Assembly (NCBI GenBank): GCA_963779755.1
Contig: CAVZZO010000003.1
Span: 1,536,001 to 1,600,000 of the forward strand
Direction: 5' to 3'
From: an uncultured Gemmatimonadales bacterium
GTDB lineage: Bacteria; Gemmatimonadota; Gemmatimonadetes; Gemmatimonadales; GWC2-71-9
DNA: 64,000 nt
Shown: one piece after another, positions 58,550 to 64,000 of the stretch
Position numbering within the stretch: position 1 is the first letter of the stretch
Layout of the letters: the number at the start of each line of letters is the position of its first letter
Position numbers and translations under genes: made by a program
The notes under the pieces: model-generated
Database searches by the model: none
Told to the model about the DNA's origin: nothing
Seen by the model: the letters and a program-made list of their open reading frames with translations, nothing else

Positions 58550-61398
58550 TTCGCGCCTTCCCCGCTCACCCTTGCCAGTCCTTCCTTCGCCTGCTGGTCC
58601 AGGTACTGGAGCGAGCTGTCGGCGCCTTTCCAGAGCGCCCGGAACTGGGTATAGGCATCGGCGGCGCCGGCGCGGTCGCCGGCGGCCTCCAACGCCCGTC
58701 CCAGCGCGAGGTCGGCGGAGGGCCGAACGGTGAAGTCGCTGACAAACCCGTTCTGCAGGTGGCGGATTCCATCCTCCCGGGTCTCCGCCCGCGACACCTC
58801 CAGGAGGGCGAGCTCGAAGCGGGCGAAGGAGCTCAGGAAATCCATTCCCATGAGCTGGGCCTGGCGTAGTCCGCCGCGCATCTCCCGGATGGCGGTCGCG
58901 GTATCCCCTTCCAGGGCGCTGGCCCAGCCGCGGAAGGCGCGCGCCGCCCCCTGGACGGTGCTCGAGGTATCCGGCAGAACCTTGAGCCCTTCAGCGATCA
59001 CCCGGCGCGCCTCAGCGGGGCGGTTGTGTGTCAGTTCCCACATTACCCGCGTCCGCCAGGCGAAGGGGTTGTTCAGCGGTACCCGGTTGATCACGCCGGC
59101 CATCGGCCCGGCGAACGAATCGTCCGTGAGGCGTGAGAGCGGGCCGATCAGGTATCCCCCGCTCGCCACCTGCGGGTTCACCGCGCGCAGGCTGTCCACC
59201 ATCGCCCGGGCCTGTTCCACCCGGCCCAGCCCGACCAGCACCGCCGCCGCGCTGATCATCATGTTGGCCCGGGCGGTGGCGTCCATCCGTTTGGCTGCCT
59301 GGCCCAGGAGCGACCCGATAATCGGGGTGATCCGCGGATTCGAGTCGGAGTACTGCGCCATCATGACGCCGAAGGTCGGCCCGGTGCCGGCAGTGGCGAT
59401 CTGACGAAGCGCCGAATCGGTGGCGGCGCCCCACAACGCCTTGCCCGCCAGGGCGTACTCCCGGGTTTCGGTCGAGTCGCCGTATTCCCGCATCAGGGCG
59501 AGGTAGCGATAGAACCGGGTGCTGTCGTGGTCGGCCGCCGCCAGCTCGAGCGGGTGCACCACCGCGGGCACCAGTGAGGAATCGCGCCGGATGACCGAGT
59601 CGAACGCCGCCAGCAGCTCGGCATTGCTGTTGGCCAGGAGCGGGCGCATGTGGTACATCGCGTCGCCCAGAAAGAACCAGCCGTCCACGTCGGCCGGGTT
59701 GGCGGCCAGGTAGCGGCGCAGGCTGTCCACCGTGGACGGGTCTCCCAGCTCGAACAGGCGGTACGCGCCGAGCAGGCGGCGCTCCCGCTCGGGCATGCGG
59801 TCGACATAGGTGCGGGCCAGATTCAGCGCCTCGATGGTTCCCGGCGCCTGCCATCCCGACTTCCAGCCCAATGTCAGGGCCAGCCGGAAGCTGGCCAGCG
59901 CGAAGGTGGAATCGGCGGCGATGGCGCGCCGGAAGGCGGCCGTGGCCGAATCCCAGTCGGCGGAGCGGTAGAGCTGCTCGCCCCGCAGGTACTCGCGCAT
60001 GGCGTCCACCGACGTGGTGGTGAGGGCGCTGACCCGCAGCGAAGGGATGGGCTCGTTCGAGCGCCAGATGTTGCGCATCAGCGCGAGGCTCAGGTCGTCC
60101 ACCAGCTGGAGCACGCTGTCGGCGCTGCCCTCCACCTGCGCCGCCGCCAGCTGCTGCCGGTCCCGGGCGTAGAGCGTGGCGTTGAGCCGGACACTGTTGC
60201 CGGTCGAGGTGATACTCCCCAGCACCACCGACCCGGCACCCACCTTGCGTCCCACCGCCAGCGCGCCGTCCAGGTCTTCATCGCGATTCCCGCCCCGCTC
60301 CCGCCACTGCGCCAGCACCGAGCGGGGCTCCACCGTGCGGATCCCACCCACCGCATTCAGGTTGGTGGAGAGCAGGTCCACCATGCCTTCCGTCAGGTAG
60401 TCCACGCCGGGACCCGAGGTATGGAAGGGCAGCACCGCGATGCTCTCGGCCCCCTTGACCACGGGGCCCCGCGCCCGGCGGCCGCCGATGTACCAGCCGG
60501 CGACGACGGCGGCCACCACCAGCGCGGCTCCGACCAGCCCGATCCGCCAGTCCAGGCCCCGGCGGGTTCCCTGCTTCAGGGCCCGGGAGAACTCGGCCAT
60601 GGTGGCGAAGCGGGCGGTCGGCTCCGAGGCCATGGCGCGGCCGATCGCCTGGTCGACCGGCTCCTCCACATCCTTGCGCTCGGCCCGGACCCGCGGCCGC
60701 GGACCGGTGATCGCCTGGGTGAGCACCGACTGCATGGTGGGGCCGCTGAAGGGCTGCTTCCCGGTCAGCATCTCGTAGGCGACACAGCCCAGGCTGTAGA
60801 GATCGCTGCGGGGGCCCACATCCTCGCTCGCGGTGGCCTGCTCCGGACTCATATAGGCCGGCGTGCCGATGGCCAGACCGGTCCCGGTGAGCTGCTGGCC
60901 CTGGCTGGCCGCGTTGATGGCCCGGGCGATCCCGAAATCGGCCACTACGGCGTGCCCGCCGGAAATCAGGATATTTTCCGGCTTGATGTCGCGGTGGACG
61001 ATCCCGCGCTCGTGCGCGTAGCCGAGCGCGCTCGCTACCTCCTGGGTGAGCTGCACCGCCTCATCGGCGGGCAGCCGCCCTTCCCGCTGCAGTTTGTCGC
61101 GCAGGGACTCGCCCTCGACAAACGGCATGACGTAGTACAGCATCCCCGCGGCCTCGCCCGAGTCGTACACCGGCACGATATGCGGGTGCTGCAGCCCGGC
61201 GGCCAGTTCGATTTCCCGGAGGAACCGCCCCTTGCCCAGAGTAGCCGACAGCTCCGGCCGCAGCACCTTGATGGCCACCTGCCGGCGATGCTTGCGGTCT
61301 TCGGCCAGGTACACCGTGGCCATGCCGCCGGCGCCAAGCTCGCGCTCCACATCATACCGCTCCGCCAGGGCGGCCTTCAGCTGGTCAAGGATCGTCAC
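58546..61398 (-). CDS. Hanks Ser/Thr kinase with TM segment and TolB-N/TPR-like region
   Basis: GAGGMATV, VAIK, HRDIKPEN, DFG, GTPAYMSPE, TM and IAVLPF. Confidence 0.93.
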   Translation of the reverse strand: MTILDQLKAALAERYDVERELGAGGMATVYLAEDRKHRRQVAIKVLRPELSATLGKGRFLREIELAAGLQHPHIVPVYDSGEAAGMLYYVMPFVEGESLRDKLQREGRLPADEAVQLTQEVASALGYAHERGIVHRDIKPENILISGGHAVVADFGIARAINAASQGQQLTGTGLAIGTPAYMSPEQATASEDVGPRSDLYSLGCVAYEMLTGKQPFSGPTMQSVLTQAITGPRPRVRAERKDVEEPVDQAIGRAMASEPTARFATMAEFSRALKQGTRRGLDWRIGLVGAALVVAAVVAGWYIGGRRARGPVVKGAESIAVLPFHTSGPGVDYLTEGMVDLLSTNLNAVGGIRTVEPRSVLAQWRERGGNRDEDLDGALAVGRKVGAGSVVLGSITSTGNSVRLNATLYARDRQQLAAAQVEGSADSVLQLVDDLSLALMRNIWRSNEPIPSLRVSALTTTSVDAMREYLRGEQLYRSADWDSATAAFRRAIAADSTFALASFRLALTLGWKSGWQAPGTIEALNLARTYVDRMPERERRLLGAYRLFELGDPSTVDSLRRYLAANPADVDGWFFLGDAMYHMRPLLANSNAELLAAFDSVIRRDSSLVPAVVHPLELAAADHDSTRFYRYLALMREYGDSTETREYALAGKALWGAATDSALRQIATAGTGPTFGVMMAQYSDSNPRITPIIGSLLGQAAKRMDATARANMMISAAAVLVGLGRVEQARAMVDSLRAVNPQVASGGYLIGPLSRLTDDSFAGPMAGVINRVPLNNPFAWRTRVMWELTHNRPAEARRVIAEGLKVLPDTSSTVQGAARAFRGWASALEGDTATAIREMRGGLRQAQLMGMDFLSSFARFELALLEVSRAETREDGIRHLQNGFVSDFTVRPSADLALGRALEAAGDRAGAADAYTQFRALWKGADSSLQYLDQQAKEGLARVSGEGAN

Positions 61399-61646
61399 AG
61401 GGGTCCGGGCAGTCTGGAGTCAGAAATCCACAGATTACACAGCTTACGCAGATTGTCGCCCTCAGGCCATAGCCTTCCCAGCGACTAACGCCCCGGCTAC
61501 CTATTAGGTCGTTCAACGCGCGGGACTGCATACGGCCCAGAATGGTTTCCGCCCCGCTCCGGGCCCGCCCTACGCCCGGCACGGCGGGCACCCGCGAAAT
61601 CGGTGTCATCTGTATCATCTGAGTCATCTGTGGACCCACTCGAGGA

Positions 61647-62198
61647 ATGACAGAACTCCCTGACGACCGCAAGAGCCTGCTGGAGCGCCTCCACGAATCC
61701 CATGCGCACTTCTGCCGGACGGTGGAGGGCCTGACCAGCGCCCAGTGGAACTTCGAGGCCACGCGCGAGCACTGGTCCATCTTCGAAGTGACCGAGCACC
61801 TGGCTACGGTCGAAGACCGGGTCCACCGCATGCTGGAAGAGGTGGCCCCCGGTCCTGCCTTGTCGCCGTCCGCCCGAAACCGGACCGCGGGCCGCGATGA
61901 AGAACTGCTCACCACCCTAGCCGATCGGAGCCGGAAACAGCAGGCGGCCGAGACCGTGACGCCCATGGGCCGGTTCGGCACGCCGTCCGATGCTATTATC
62001 GCGCTGGAGAAGGCACGCAACCGGGTCAGCCGCTTCGTGGAAACCACCCGCCGGGATCTGCGGGAATTCGGCAGCCCGCACCAACTGCTGGGACTGCTGG
62101 ACGGCTACCAGTGGGTGCTGTTCCTCTCCGCTCACATGGAGCGGCATCTGGAGCAGATGCGGGAGATCAAGACCACGCCGGGGTTTCCGCACAGATAG
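61647..62198 (+). CDS. DinB family protein
   Basis: WS--EV-EHL, H--LG-L---QW and H--RH--Q. Confidence 0.9.
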   Translation: MTELPDDRKSLLERLHESHAHFCRTVEGLTSAQWNFEATREHWSIFEVTEHLATVEDRVHRMLEEVAPGPALSPSARNRTAGRDEELLTTLADRSRKQQAAETVTPMGRFGTPSDAIIALEKARNRVSRFVETTRRDLREFGSPHQLLGLLDGYQWVLFLSAHMERHLEQMREIKTTPGFPHR

Positions 62199-63656
62199 GG
62201 GCTTCCCCTCTCCCGTTCCCCCGGCCCTGAGCCACGTCTCGAAGAAGCCGCTGCCGGAGTCGCTGACCGCCTGCCCCGCGATCCTTCCCCGCAGGTGGAA
62301 CCTCCCCCGCATCTGCACGAAGCGGCGCGTGAAGCCGCCCGTGCCCAGGGCGGTTCCCAGTCCCTCATCCAGATGGAGAACGACATGAACGGTGTCCGCG
62401 CCCCGGGCCGCGGTGAACCTGGCGCTGGTGGGCATGGCCCTTCCGGCCCCCCGGGCCGGCCGCCGGCCCGAATAGGCCACCGTCGGCGCCCGCAACACCT
62501 GCCACAGGCCCAGGGAATCGGTGAGCGCAACGAAGAGCGGCTGCTCGCTCTCGCCGGAGCGATCGGTGGAGTTGAGCACCCGGCCGTAGAGGAAGTTGTA
62601 CCGGGCGCCGTGGGCGGCGCCCCAATCCCAGGTCACATCGCGCCACACCCCCCAGTTGTGGTCGTGATAGGATGCCGCGCCGGTGAACGACCGGCAGCGG
62701 CCGGCGACGCAGAACCGCCCCGTGGCCCGTGCCGTGAGCGCCGGCACCACATAGCCGCTGGGGCGCTCTCCTTCTTGCAACTGCATGGGCGGGAAGTACT
62801 GGCGGTCTTCCGGCTGTAACGTGATGTCGCCGCTCACCCCGGCGCTTCCCGGCAGCCGGAGACGCACCCGGTAGACGCCGTCACGCTGTTCCACGCTGCT
62901 GGCGCCCACCTGGAGATCGGCCCGCGCGGTATCGAACACGACGCCGGCCGGCCCGGCGCTGCCGCTGTAGCGCCGGTAGCTCCCGTCGGGCTGCCGGTGC
63001 GTCACCAGCACCTGCCCGCCCCAGCTGCCCCGGCCAATCCGGCCACCGACCGCCAGAGTGATGTACCACCACTCTTCGGGCCCGGTAACCACATTGAAGT
63101 AGTGCCACTCGCCCCAGGTGGAGTCGTCCACCACCGGCCGGTGGAAATGATCCAGCTGGTCGTAGAGCTGCTGCGGGGTAGGCGCGATCCAGGCGGAATC
63201 CTCCGCGATATCGGCCCAGGCACCGGAGCGGACATCGAGGCCGGCATCCAGCGCGGAGGCGCGGCTGGGCACGGCGGCGCCGGCGCGCACCGGCAGTACC
63301 CGCCCCTCGTGGGCCACATAGAGCAGCTTGCTGTCCAGCAGGGGCGACACCGCGCGCACCATGCGGGCAAAGCGCGGTCCGCCCAGCACCTGACGGGTCA
63401 CGAAGCGGGCCCGGGGAATGGTAAAGAAGAGGCCGGTGAGCCCGCCGGTCCGCATGGCTTCGATATCGATCCCCTGCGGCAGCACGGTGACGGCGCCGCC
63501 GCCCACCAGGGCCACATCGCGCGACTGCGACAGCATCGCCTCGCCCACCGAGAGCAGGACGATCATTACCCCTACCCCCAGCGCAAAACCGGCCAGCAGA
63601 AAGAGCGAGCGGAGCGGCCGGACCACCAGATGCCGGAAAGCCAGCGTCAGCAGCAT
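61917..63656 (-). CDS. Protein with ABC-permease-like (MacB/FtsX) N-terminus and hydratase/lipocalin-like C-terminal domain; 3' end uncertain
   Basis: LAFR-L--RP-RS--L--G-ALGV N-terminus, then WGEWHYF, YHDHNWG-W----WDWG and GSGFFET. The tail overlaps dinB on the opposite strand. Confidence 0.65.
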   Translation of the reverse strand: MLLTLAFRHLVVRPLRSLFLLAGFALGVGVMIVLLSVGEAMLSQSRDVALVGGGAVTVLPQGIDIEAMRTGGLTGLFFTIPRARFVTRQVLGGPRFARMVRAVSPLLDSKLLYVAHEGRVLPVRAGAAVPSRASALDAGLDVRSGAWADIAEDSAWIAPTPQQLYDQLDHFHRPVVDDSTWGEWHYFNVVTGPEEWWYITLAVGGRIGRGSWGGQVLVTHRQPDGSYRRYSGSAGPAGVVFDTARADLQVGASSVEQRDGVYRVRLRLPGSAGVSGDITLQPEDRQYFPPMQLQEGERPSGYVVPALTARATGRFCVAGRCRSFTGAASYHDHNWGVWRDVTWDWGAAHGARYNFLYGRVLNSTDRSGESEQPLFVALTDSLGLWQVLRAPTVAYSGRRPARGAGRAMPTSARFTAARGADTVHVVLHLDEGLGTALGTGGFTRRFVQMRGRFHLRGRIAGQAVSDSGSGFFETWLRAGGTGEGKPLSVRKPRRGLDLPHLLQMPLHVSGEEQHPLVAVQQSQQLVRAAEFPQIPAGGFHEAADPVACLLQRDNSIGRRAEPAHGRHGLGRLLFPAPIG

Positions 63657-63660
63657 CGCC

Positions 63661-64000
63661 CTACTCCCCTCCCCGCTCGATGCGCCCGTCCAGCATCTCC
63701 ACCACCCGCCCGGCCTCCTCCCGGAGCCGCTCCTCGTGCGTCACCACCACCAGGGTCATCCCGTCGGCGTTCAGCCGGTGGAAGAGATCCAGGATCTCGC
63801 GCCCGGTGCGGAGGTCCAGCTCGCCGGTGGGCTCGTCGGCCAGTACCACCACCGGGCGGTTCGCCAGCGCCCGGGCAATCGCCACGCGCTGCATCTCGCC
63901 GCCGGAGAGTTGGGTCGCGCGGTGGCCGGCCCGGTGGCTCAGGCCGACATACTCCAGCAGCTCGAGCGCGCGCTGCCGCCGCTCCCGGCGCCCTGTTCCC
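63661..64000 (-). CDS. ABC transporter ATP-binding protein (LolD/MacB type), 5' end outside the window
   Basis: [29 protein letters not shown] and VVVTH. Confidence 0.92.
   Translation of the reverse strand, partial: [112 protein letters not shown]

Noticed and set aside
58418..58869. CRISPR array, or the ORF (MPEEWSD)n at 58426-58869
   Set aside because: The repeats are contiguous with no spacers and no cas genes were seen. The ORF is just the repeat plus the antisense strand of the kinase.

Overview
High-GC bacterial chromosomal window. The gene content suggests a Gemmatimonadota-like organism (inference from three Hanks kinase-TM-TPR receptors, GxxExxY and four-helix-bundle genes, and many inverted short tandem repeats). 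Bases 1-18.4 kb form an accessory region ending at tRNA-Gln and tRNA-Ala. It holds gspE-G-F type II secretion genes and a divergently transcribed, signal-peptide-bearing RHS toxin with a likely immunity gene. Each side has a sigma-54 promoter with an identical enhancer layout, and a sensor-less bEBP gene lies between them. After the RHS come orphan RHS remnants broken up by five IS families, a HigBA-type pair, primase and integrase remnants, and a 0.58-kb GxxExxY cassette flanked by a duplicated tRNA-Gln 3' end. The rest is mostly core genes (ndh, photolyase, rnz, mlaEFD, mutY, nadE, crcB, cytochrome c, ABC transporter). The best candidate for a new system is a lanthipeptide-like RiPP locus at 39.4-43.2 kb: a 64-aa precursor with an internal Cys/Thr core and a C-terminal follower, a stand-alone HopA1-like lyase, and a lyase-less kinase-LanC fusion with one frameshift, coupled to a receptor kinase. 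All calls come from reading motifs by eye; no database searches were run.
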